Assembly (NCBI GenBank): GCA_017503865.1
Contig: JAFVSI010000063.1
Span: 10,393-74,392, forward strand
DNA: 64,000 nucleotides
Direction: 5' to 3'
DNA from: Clostridia bacterium
GTDB lineage: Bacteria > Bacillota > Clostridia > Oscillospirales > CAG-272
The notes beneath the pieces are model-generated. The model made no database searches. It was not told where the DNA came from and saw nothing but the letters and a program-made list of their open reading frames with translations. Positions 19,767-30,500 of the stretch are shown here, piece after piece (position 1 is the first letter of the stretch; each line of letters opens with the position of its first letter). Made by a program: the position numbers and the translations under genes.

Positions 19767-22700
19767 ATGGAATTCTTGTTTGATCATTATAAGAAGATAA
19801 AGGATCCAACTCTGTATCTTCACAATCCCGACATGAAACCCATTAGCGCAATCAAGGCGCGAAACAGGAATTTCGTGTTGAGGTTCAATGACCTCTCGGA
19901 GCTTACGTTTGAAGCTCCAAAGTACGAAAAGAGTAAAGACGGAACGATGTTTGAGCTTCCGTACTATTCTCGTCTGGCAACCAAGAGACTTATTAAGATT
20001 GATGAAATCGGCTGGTTCCAGATTACTCAAGCGGTAGAAAACGAAGATGGTTTAACTGCCTATATGTCCATTACCGCGCAATCGCATCAGTGTGCGTTCA
20101 AAGAGAAAGGATTTTTCTGCGAAGGTAGACTTTACAAATTCTACGATGAGTCCGATCCATATGACGCAAACTATGATTCAGATAAAGAAGATGCAATTCC
20201 TTCGGTTGTCGGTCAGCTTTATCAACAGTTGGGTATCAAGGTTGCGGTAGCTATCACAGATTTTGAGCCCGACGAAGATTATGGCGATTGGACAATCGTG
20301 TATATTGATCCCGCATTGAAGTATGCGGAAGGCGCCACATCCAATATATGCAGAGCATTTAAGGAGAACAGCGCCACATACGGATATGACTTTATGGTCA
20401 ACTCTGTAGAAAATGCTTTTGAAGTAATTTTCGATTTCGACTTTATGCATCACGCCATAAAAGTTAAAAGAGTCGAGAGCGTTACTCAAAAGACGAATAT
20501 ATACCTCTCATTCGACAACGTTGTGAATGAGTTACAGACAACTGAAAAGGCAGATGACATCGTTACCGTCCTTAACTGTTCTGGCAACGATCTGGACATA
20601 AGAACAGTAAACCCCACAGGAACTAATTACATCGTTGACTTCAGTTATTATATGGATGAAGTTAATTATCACTGGATGTCGCAAGAGCTTATCACTAAGA
20701 TCAAAGCTTGGAAGAGTTTAGTGGATAGTAAGAAAGTGCAGTATTCCACGTTGGTAAGCAACTTGAGAGATGCTTACGAGGCTCACACAGAAGCATCATC
20801 GGATATCGTGTATATCAAACGTAAAAACCAAGACCTTGAAGCGGTGCGCGATCAATACATAGTTGACAATACTACGGCTAATATGCTTTTTGTGGTAGAA
20901 ACAATAGAGGTCGGCAAGAAGAGCCTCGATAGCAGTTCGCCGTATCATACTACAGCTTTGGTAGATACAGACCAAAGAACTTGTTACTCTGAGCCCCCTA
21001 CATATTCCGACGGTTCTTTTTCATTTAGCGGAAGCGGAACAAAAGCTACTCTAAAATCAAGCATGGAAAATAACAAGCTTTACTATATGGATTACTCTGG
21101 TAACACATATTGTAAAATTGTTATGGGTAGTAAAGTAGAAAATGGTGCAGAGGTAAACTATGTTGCCAGCGTTGAAAGATATACAGTGTATTCCAACGTA
21201 TCTACGTGGCTGACAATTTATGGTACTGCCATAGATAGCAAGCAGGACATCATTGACGAACGTCAGGATACCGTAGACGAAGTGTTAGGGCAAATGCAAA
21301 CCATAGCAGACGAGACTAATATTCTAAAATACTTCTCGGATACTCCAACTTTGCTTACCGAATTGAGGCACTATTGGATAGAGGGCGATTACAATAATGA
21401 AAACTTGGCGGTTTTAGATAGCACAACCCAAGAGGAGGCTATCGATTTGGCGAGGGAGCTGCTTGCTTGTGGTGAGAAAGAACTTGCCCGCGTTTGTCAG
21501 CCTCGTTTCTCGGTGAGCGTTAATTCAATAAAATTCATTAAGATATACGCTTTCCGTAAATTTATGTATGAACTTGCATTAGGCAAGGTGATTACTGTTG
21601 AAAAAACGAAAGACGTATACTACTATCCCGCCTTGACTCAGATGAGTTTTAGTTTGGAAAATGGAGATGACACATTTGAACTCATTTTCTCCAACGCTCT
21701 CAAGCTTACTGACTGGGGCTTCACGTATGCAGATTTAATTGCCTCTGCGTCCAACACATCCAAGAACGTCATTTCTAACTGGAATGAACTTATGGATTAT
21801 AGTGCTCATAAAAATTCAATCCAAGAACTACTTTTGAATCCGCTTGATAAAACACTGCGTCTTGCTGAGAAGAATATGAACAACCAAGAATTCGTAGTAG
21901 ATAACACGGGCATTCTTGGTAGAAGACGTAAAAGTGAAGATCTATTTGAGCCTGAGCAGGTGAGAATGATCAACAACTTACTTCTGTTTACGGACGATAG
22001 TTGGCAAACGGTAAAAACGGCGTTAGGTAAGATTGTTTACAATGAGGATGGCGTAGATAAAAAGGCGTATGGTCTGTTGGCTGAAGTGCTTGTTGGCTCC
22101 CTTATTATGAGCAACAAGACCAAAATTGTCAACGAGGATAGCTCAATTATCTTGGATGCCAATGGCATTCTGATAAAAAAAGCTGACGGCACAGAAACAT
22201 TTAAAGCTACCCCTGACGGCAACTTAACCGTAAAAGCTGAGATTACTGGCGGTACTATCAATATCGGCGATAAATTCTTTGTTGACGAAATGGGTGATGT
22301 TAGAATGTCGGGCAATATCTTACTGGATGGAAGTATTACTTGGGGTTCTGGAGCAAGCCCAACGAGAGTCCTGTACAGCTCGGCTCGTATTGCTAAACCC
22401 ACAGATGGAAGTTTATGGAGTAGTTATCCGGCTACAAACTCTTCTGGATGGCATAAAACCTTTTCATCCGAAGATAGATACGGCACTTACACGTATGATG
22501 GGGGGAATACTTGGACGGATCCTATACAGGTTGCTGGTCAAGATGGAGAAGACGGAGAAACAATTCAAGTCGCCTATTTATATTACAGGAAAAGCGGTTC
22601 TTCTGCCCCGAGTAAACCTACGTACTCTGGCGGCACATTGCCTACTGGTTGGACACTGGAGCCTCAGAGCGTTACCGCCTCTTATCCCTATGTTTTTGTT

Positions 22701-24053
22701 TCTCAATGTAAAATAACGGATGGAGTTTATGGTTCTTGGTCAACCCCTGTTTGTTGGGCGAAATATGGTGCAGACGGTGAGGATGGTAGCGACGCGAGTG
22801 TAACGGATATCAATGTGTTTAACGCGCTAACGAGCAATGGCACAATGTATGGATGTTTCACCAGCGAAGATAACAAGCTATACATCAATGCAGCCTACAT
22901 CAAATCAGGGCAAATAGATTCGGACTTGATCCTTGCGGGCAACGTAGTTGCGGGCGATATGGATGTTACGGGAGGAACAATCGGAGCATTTCGAATTACA
23001 AGCGACGGCTTGGAAAGTGAATATATCAAACTTAACGCACAATCGATTTTCTTCCCAACACAAGCGATATTCAATTTAGCTAACGACGTTACTATATACA
23101 ATGAGAGTACGGTGTCCTATATAGCTACCTCTGGCAATAGAGATTTTGAAATAAAAAATATTGGCGGTGCGGGTATAAGGTTCAAAGCAAATACGGCAAG
23201 CGAAACCGTAAAGCAGACAATAACACTCAATAACTTCGTCGGTAGTGAACAAGATGAAGATGAATACGTTGGAACAGGATACGCTTGTAGCGTGACTTGT
23301 AATTATAGCATAAGTAACAGCGGAGTTCTTCTTGTTCCTTACCACGTGACATTCTATCTCAAATATGCTATTCAAGAATGGACGTTGTTAAATGGGTGGG
23401 TTGACAAAACTACTTACGAGAAAGAACTTTCGTATGATATTCCTAAAGGAAGTAATTCAGGAAGTATAAAATTTGAGCAGGTTCATATAAGAAAAAACAG
23501 CACGCAAAAGTTTGTTGTTAAGGGTGTTTCTATCAATAAAAGTTCTTACGGCAGCAGCGTCGCTTTTAGTTCAGTTAACATCAGTGCAACAAACAATATT
23601 TTATACTCTCTTGGAAGCTTTTGCCCGAATACTTCCGCAACTTCTTCGTCCGGATATCTTTTGGGTGATGATACTCACGTTTGGCGTAGCGTTAGAGCGT
23701 ATACTGCCTCAATCACTACCAGTGATGCACGACAAAAGCACAGCGTAGAACCGCTTTCGGAATCTTATGAAGAGTTTTTTGACGGACTGGAACCTGTTTC
23801 TTTCATCTATGAAAAAGCGGACAGTAACAGACGGCACGTCGGTTTTATTGCTCAGGACGTTGAGCAAAGTCTACTTAGAGCCGGTATTAGCTTACAGGAT
23901 TTTGCCGGAGTATGCATCGGCTCCGATGAAGATAAAACATATGGATTGCGTTATGAGGAATTTATTGCTATAAATACTTTGCAAATCCAAAAATTAAAGG
24001 CACGAGTTGCCGAACTTGAAAAAGAAATAAAGGAACTTAAAGGAGAAAACTAA
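19767..24053 (+). CDS. tail-associated protein/tail fibre with C-terminal intramolecular chaperone (Peptidase_S74) domain
   Basis: N-terminus resembles the phage minor structural protein N-terminal region. C-terminus SDARQKHSVEPL...HVGFIAQDVEQ...YGLRYEEFIAINTLQIQKL is the endosialidase-type autoproteolytic chaperone signature. Confidence 0.8.
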   Translation: MEFLFDHYKKIKDPTLYLHNPDMKPISAIKARNRNFVLRFNDLSELTFEAPKYEKSKDGTMFELPYYSRLATKRLIKIDEIGWFQITQAVENEDGLTAYMSITAQSHQCAFKEKGFFCEGRLYKFYDESDPYDANYDSDKEDAIPSVVGQLYQQLGIKVAVAITDFEPDEDYGDWTIVYIDPALKYAEGATSNICRAFKENSATYGYDFMVNSVENAFEVIFDFDFMHHAIKVKRVESVTQKTNIYLSFDNVVNELQTTEKADDIVTVLNCSGNDLDIRTVNPTGTNYIVDFSYYMDEVNYHWMSQELITKIKAWKSLVDSKKVQYSTLVSNLRDAYEAHTEASSDIVYIKRKNQDLEAVRDQYIVDNTTANMLFVVETIEVGKKSLDSSSPYHTTALVDTDQRTCYSEPPTYSDGSFSFSGSGTKATLKSSMENNKLYYMDYSGNTYCKIVMGSKVENGAEVNYVASVERYTVYSNVSTWLTIYGTAIDSKQDIIDERQDTVDEVLGQMQTIADETNILKYFSDTPTLLTELRHYWIEGDYNNENLAVLDSTTQEEAIDLARELLACGEKELARVCQPRFSVSVNSIKFIKIYAFRKFMYELALGKVITVEKTKDVYYYPALTQMSFSLENGDDTFELIFSNALKLTDWGFTYADLIASASNTSKNVISNWNELMDYSAHKNSIQELLLNPLDKTLRLAEKNMNNQEFVVDNTGILGRRRKSEDLFEPEQVRMINNLLLFTDDSWQTVKTALGKIVYNEDGVDKKAYGLLAEVLVGSLIMSNKTKIVNEDSSIILDANGILIKKADGTETFKATPDGNLTVKAEITGGTINIGDKFFVDEMGDVRMSGNILLDGSITWGSGASPTRVLYSSARIAKPTDGSLWSSYPATNSSGWHKTFSSEDRYGTYTYDGGNTWTDPIQVAGQDGEDGETIQVAYLYYRKSGSSAPSKPTYSGGTLPTGWTLEPQSVTASYPYVFVSQCKITDGVYGSWSTPVCWAKYGADGEDGSDASVTDINVFNALTSNGTMYGCFTSEDNKLYINAAYIKSGQIDSDLILAGNVVAGDMDVTGGTIGAFRITSDGLESEYIKLNAQSIFFPTQAIFNLANDVTIYNESTVSYIATSGNRDFEIKNIGGAGIRFKANTASETVKQTITLNNFVGSEQDEDEYVGTGYACSVTCNYSISNSGVLLVPYHVTFYLKYAIQEWTLLNGWVDKTTYEKELSYDIPKGSNSGSIKFEQVHIRKNSTQKFVVKGVSINKSSYGSSVAFSSVNISATNNILYSLGSFCPNTSATSSSGYLLGDDTHVWRSVRAYTASITTSDARQKHSVEPLSESYEEFFDGLEPVSFIYEKADSNRRHVGFIAQDVEQSLLRAGISLQDFAGVCIGSDEDKTYGLRYEEFIAINTLQIQKLKARVAELEKEIKELKGEN

Positions 24054-24054
24054 A

Positions 24055-24414
24055 GTGAAATTATCAACAATTATCAATGCACGGAGCGTGCTTGAAAGCA
24101 TCGCAGATAGAGAGGATGTTGGAGCACATCTCTCCTACTGGATGACCAGATTTGTCGTTAAGACTCAGGGAGATCAGGAGTTTTACATATCTGAAGTACG
24201 CAAGATATTCAATAAATACGCCGAAGCCAAAGAAGACGGGACGAGCATTGTCCCCAAAGAGAAGATGGCAGACTTCCAAGCCGACGTTACAAAACTCGGC
24301 GAGACGGAAGCTGAAGATCCGGGCATTCGTTTCAAGCTTGCGGAGCTTGCCGACAACCTAAAGTTGTCGATGAAGCAGATGTTCCCCTTGCTTGATTTTA
24401 TCGAGGAAGAATAA
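24055..24414 (+). CDS. hypothetical protein (GTG start)
   Basis: 119 aa, with an AAAGGAGAAAA RBS. Confidence 0.5.
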   Translation: MKLSTIINARSVLESIADREDVGAHLSYWMTRFVVKTQGDQEFYISEVRKIFNKYAEAKEDGTSIVPKEKMADFQADVTKLGETEAEDPGIRFKLAELADNLKLSMKQMFPLLDFIEEE

Positions 24415-24430
24415 GTATAAGGGCGGGCAA

Positions 24431-24455
24431 AAGTCCGCCCATTATATATGTGAAT
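24431..24455 (+). terminator. hairpin terminator
   Basis: GGGCGG / CCGCCC stem with an 8-nt loop, followed by an AT-rich tract. Confidence 0.55.
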
Positions 24456-24491
24456 AGGCGAGTGTGAGATTTATAAAAGATATTCTTGCTA

Positions 24492-24521
24492 TTGACAAAC
24501 TTAATCCGATTGGCTTATTAG
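24492..24521 (+). promoter_or_regulatory. candidate sigma-70-type promoter for the DGR target gene
   Basis: TTGACA at 24492-24497, then a weak -10 (TTATTA/TATTAG) after 17-18 nt. Confidence 0.35.
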
Positions 24522-24585
24522 CATCGGAAACCTGTGTTTAGATGACTAAATAAAAAATAAGCAAAATGAAATAAAGGAGTAATAA

Positions 24586-27500
24586 ATGAAAATTACACAA
24601 GAATTGAGCTTGGATACCTCTCGTGAAAATGCGTACAAAGTTGTTCACGCAAAACAGTACGACGAGGATTCAAGATTTTTAAAAGTAACAATCACCACTC
24701 GCGGAGAAGAAATTGATATTCCTTCTGGCGCAACCGTTGTATTCGGTGTAAAGAGAGCTGACTTGGAAAGTCACGACTTTGCGGGTGTTGTAAACACTGA
24801 CGGTACCGTTACTGTACCTCTTACGAACTGGATGCTTCAGGTCGCAGGAAAATGCGTTTGTGATGTTTCGATTATCAAAGACGGTGAGAAATTCTCAACC
24901 TTGAACTTCAGCGTTTTCGTAGAATATGCGCCCACCAATGAAACTGATATTACTGAAGACGAAAAATACGATATCTTTGTTAACCTCATTGAACGTGTTG
25001 AGAATGTCGTTGATCATATTGGCGAGCTTGAACAGAGCGCATTAAACTCTGAAGCCTCTGCCGCAGCGTCGGCAAGATCCGCAGAGGATGCATCTCAAGC
25101 TCTTTTGAACGCGCATGAACAAATCGAATCGGCGCAAGAGCTTGCTGATAAAGCAGAAACAGCAGCAGAAGATGCCCAAAGATATGCAGACCAAGCCAAT
25201 GAATATTGCAATGAATTTGCAGACATTATGGATCAAGTTGTAGAAGCAACAGGCGATTATGAGAGCCTTGATGATCGCATCAACGATGTTTCTATTGACG
25301 CCAACGACCTTGGGCTTGAGCAGGATGCAGAAACTGGATTTGTGTACCCAACCTATAGAAATGTGCGTAGCGAGAATGGCATTCCTTTGGCGGCGACGGG
25401 CGGCGGAGGAGGAACTTCTATTACGTATTCTATTACCCTAAGGAATCTGATGGAAGGAAGAAGTTTTTCAGTTGCCGAAAACTCTCCCGCCGTTGTCAAT
25501 TTTTCATATGTGTCAATAGATGAAGATGGGTATGATGATGGTGCTGGCGTAGGTAGCATTTATATTGGAGGCTTAAAAGTTGCCACGGTGAATGTTCCAC
25601 AAGGCGAAAATGAGCTGGATATATCTCCATATCTTTCGAACGGAGAAAATAGCGTAAAAATTAAGATAGAAAACTCTGATGGTATGAGTAAATCTGTCTC
25701 CTACACTATTACGGTTATCGCAATTAGTCTGTCATCAACTCTATTAGAAGAGGGGAAAACAGAGGGATTTATAGTTTGTCATGATGATACTTTAACCGTA
25801 TACTATACCCCTACTGGTTCTGGAGTGAAAACCATACATTTTATTATGGATGGTGTTGAAATTGGCACCTCGGAAGTAAAAAGCACAGGGCGCAGTCAAA
25901 CATATATTATTGAAAGACAAGCTCACGGTGCGCATACTCTTGAAATTTATGCCGAAATGACAATTAGTGATGTGACCGTAACAAGTAATAAGTTGCATCT
26001 GGAGATATTGTGGGTGGCTACAGATTCATCAGAACCCATAATTAGTTTTATTGCTAATGTTGATAGCGCAACGCAAGGCGAAACAATTAACGTTCCCTAT
26101 ATGATTTATGATCCTTCTACAGAGGTTGCAAATTTAACTTTAAGTGTAATTGATGAAGATGGCGACGAATATACATCCCAACAACTATCAGTTGACCGAG
26201 GAGAACATATATGGAATGTAATTGATTATCCCGCTGGGGAGATTAAGCTTAGATTTAATGTCGGTGGACATACGAAGAACAAAGAAATAACAGTATATGA
26301 AAACAGTGTTGAAATTGATCATATAACTGACTCTCTTGCGTTTTACTTTGATCCCGCTGGTAGAAACAATAATGAGGAAAATCCAGAGTACTGGAGTAAT
26401 GGCGTAGTAGCGGCACAATTTTCCGGAGTAGGCTTTGCAACGGCAGATGGTTGGTTATCGGATGACAATGGCTCTCCGATATTTAGACTACTCCCCGGTG
26501 GTACAATTACCATTCCATACGAAATGTTTTCGAGTGATAAACGTACCAGTGGTTGTAGCATCGAAGTAGAAATGACCACTCACAACGTTAGAGATTATGA
26601 TAGCATCGTAATGAGTTGCTTATCTAATGGTCGAGGCGTGAAAATAGCATCCCAATATGCTCAACTTAAATCAGAACAGTCCGAGATTGGTATGCAGTTC
26701 AAAGAAGATGAGAGGGTACGTGTATCATTTGTTGTGGAACCCAAGAGTTTAAACAGGCTTATTTACGTTTATGTGGATGGAGTTATGTGTGGAGCTATTC
26801 AATACCCCGAAGACGATAACTTTGCTCAAAGCCCATCTCTTGGTATTACGATTGGAGCAGAATCCAGTGGAATCGACATTTATAAAGTATACTTCTACGA
26901 TAAAGGGCTTACGAGACTCGAAGTGCTTAATAACTATATTGCTGATCGTTCTACTCTCAGTGATCGACTTGATGCGTATAGACGCAATGATATTTTCAAT
27001 GCTAATGAAGAAGTAGTAATAAATAAACTCCCTACAACATTGCCATACATGGTAATCAGTTGCTCAGAACTTCCTCAAACGAAGGGCGATAAAAAGACCT
27101 GCGAAATAACCTATGTTAATCCTTCTGACTCAAGTAAAAATTTCACCGCATCTGGAGTAGAGATTGATGTCCAAGGAACTTCATCCGCTGGGTATAAGAA
27201 AAAGAACTTTAAAATAAAAATGAAGAACGGATTAACTTACACAAGTGATGGAACCGTTTCTGAAAATTATAAATTGCGAGACGATTCAATCCCTGTTAGC
27301 GTTTTTTGTATGAAGGCTGACGTAGCATCAAGTGAAGGTGCTAACAATGTCGAGTTGGTTAGACTGTATAACGATGTTTGTCCATATACTACGGATGCTC
27401 AGGCATCTGACAACAGGGTTCGTGTGGGAATTGATGGTATTCCTTGTGTGGTTTTTTGGCAAAACCCGACGAGTGGTGTAACTCGTTTTTGGGGAAAGTA

Positions 27501-30500
27501 TAATTTTAACAATGAAAAGAGCAATCACGAGGTGTATGGATTAACCAATGGTTGCGAAAGCTGGGAAATTTGTAATAACACTTCGGACAGAGTCGTTTTT
27601 AAGAAAAGCGATTATGAAACCGGTTGGACTGATGACTTTGAAGCACGTTACCCCGAGGATAATCTTGATTATACACGGTTAAAGAGGATGACTGACTGGG
27701 TTGCTTCAACAAACAGAGAAGCAGTTCAAACCGAAGAAGAAAAGGCGGAACTTTTAGCCAAATTCAAGAACGAGTTCGAAGACTATTTCGTTAAGACACC
27801 TATGTTGTTTTACTATATTTTCACAGAAGTGTTCTTGATGATCGATAACCGTGCAAAGAACTTCTTCCCAACGACCTATGATGGAGTACATTGGATGCCA
27901 TTGCCTTATGATATGGATACTGCAATTGGTATTAACAATGAAGGAGCACTTGTCTTCGATTATGATCTTGAAGACACAGACCACATCGACGGTGAAGATG
28001 TTTATAATGGTCAGGATAGTGTTTTGTGGTGTAATATCCGAGATGCTTTCAGTGAAGAGATAGCTGAGATGTATGCTTCTCTACGTAGTGGAACGCTTTT
28101 CAATTACGAAGAAACAGTAAAGCGCTTTTCTGAGCATCAAAAACCTTGGTGCGAGGCTATTTGGAACGAAGATGCGTACGAAAAATATCTCGAACCTCTT
28201 ATAAATGATAACGATGGTTCTTATTTGACAATGCTACAAGGAAACAAGGCAAGTCAACGAGAATGGTGGCTTCATAATGGTTTTAGGTATCGTGATAGTA
28301 AATATCAAACGGGAGATGCAAGCAAAGAGTTTATCACTCTTCGCTGTTATAACGTTGGAGATATCACCGTGACACCGTATAGCCATATTTGGTCGCGTAT
28401 TAAGTATGGCTCCTATACTGTAACCGAGAGAGGGAAAAGGAATGTGCCTGTTACACTTTCTTGTCCTCTTGATAAAATGACCGATACTGAGGTATATATA
28501 TATTCTGCGGATAGACTTGCAGACATCGGAGACCTAAGCCATTTGCAAGTTGGTTATGCTAACTTCTCAATGGCATCTAAACTCCAAAAATTGAAGCTCG
28601 GGGATAACGCTATTATGTATCAAAACCCCAAACTAACAGAGCTTTACGTTGGAAACAATGAGCTGTTAACAGAAATCGATATACGCAATTGTGTAAATTT
28701 AGCGCAGGCGATAGATTTATCTGGTTGTACAAGCATTGAAAAGGTTTATGCGGCTGGTAGCGGTATTTCGGCAGCGACATTGCCTGTTGGCGGTAAAGTA
28801 TCCACGCTGGAATTACCTGCTACGATTACCAACTTAACTATTCGCAATCAAAAATCCTTGTCTGTATTGAGTGTTGCTGGGTATAGTAATCTCGCAACGC
28901 TACGAATCGAGAATACACCCAATGTTCCTATTGAAACCATTTTAAATTCAGCCTCATCGCTTAACCGCGTGCGTCTCATAGGTGTAAGCTGGAATGCTAC
29001 GAGCGAAGATGCGTTGGCGTTAAACATAGAGAGACTTAAGTCTTGCGGTGGTATGGATGCAAACGGCGACAATACCAGTATAGCTGTTGTTAATGGTGTT
29101 GTTTATATCGATGCCATTTCCGATGAGCTACTCGAAGAAATACATGAGGTATTCCCAGATTTGACAGTTGTTGTAGGTGGCGTTATTACATATCTTGTAA
29201 GATATCTAAACTACGATGGCACGGTTTTGTTCAAAGACTTGGTTAACGAGGGCGGGGACGTTATTGATCCTGTTGCTCTCGGTTTGATCGATCCACCCAT
29301 TCGGGTTGGAACTGAAACCCTCGGTTATGCGTACATTGGATGGAACCATTTGCCCACCAATATACATAGCAACGTTGTTGTTTTAGCTCAATACGAAGAG
29401 GTTCCCAGCTACTTGGTAACATACCAAAACCCAGATGGAGAAATTCTATATGAATACTATGTAGCAGAGCATACGGATGCCATAGATCCTGTTTCCGCAG
29501 GAAAAATCGAAACGCCTACGATGGATGGTACCAGTGATGTAAAATATACCTTTAGTTCTTGGAATGCAATTCCAACAAATGTTCAAGGCGAGCATACCGT
29601 TGTAGCTCAATACATTACTGCATATGCGGTTCGGTTCTATAACGAATCTGAACTCTTGTATACTGACTGGGTAAATGAAGGCAATGATGCGGTCGATCCT
29701 GTTGTCAGCGGAGCGATTGATGCTCCTACAAAACAACCCTCACCGGAGTATAGATATGTATATAGTGGTTGGGGCATTCTTCCTACGAACATCACAGGAA
29801 GTATAAATGTAACCGCCCAATTCAGTTCCCAGAGTCAAGTATATAATGTTATATTTTATGATAAATCGAATTTACTTAATGTGTTATACAGCACAACTGC
29901 TTCCTATGGGGGTAATTGTGTTTATTCTGGTTCCGATTTGTTGATTCCCGATGGATGTGTTTTTATCGGTTGGATGGATAATTATGGCAATTCTTATTCT
30001 ACGAACTCTGTTTTGCTTAATGAGGATAATTGTAAGATATCTGGTGGAATTCCTGTGGATATTCAATTATATCCCATTATTGAAGTTCCAACGCCAAAAC
30101 TTCCTACAACTCAAAAAACATCCTTTGAGGATTATACTTGGTTAGAAATTAAAGCATTGAGTAACGCTATTGCAAGTGGCACTACGAATGAAGTCACCGT
30201 AACCTATGACGATGTTGAAAAAATTTACTCAATCCATGAAACCTCGACTGGCATTACAAGCACGGTAGCATTATTCGATACCAAGGATCTTACAATGAAT
30301 GATGGTACCACTATTACAATGCAGGTGTCTGGCTTCTTGCACGATGAGGACGAGAGTGGCAATAAAGTTGGTATTTCTATGGATACCAAAAACTTGTATT
30401 CAACTATAACCAAACAACATTATAGTGGTTCACACACATTTGCCCACTATAAGGTGAATGGCGTACAAGTTGCTGATAATCAGGCTACTTATACTCATAC

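Noticed and set aside
19767-24053. Tail fibre C-terminus as a possible VR2 target for the orphan TR2.
   Set aside because: Its C-terminus is a Peptidase_S74 intramolecular chaperone. Nothing in its translation resembles LRSPY...VAFG. No TR2-like nucleotide tract was noticed, though I could only scan by eye.
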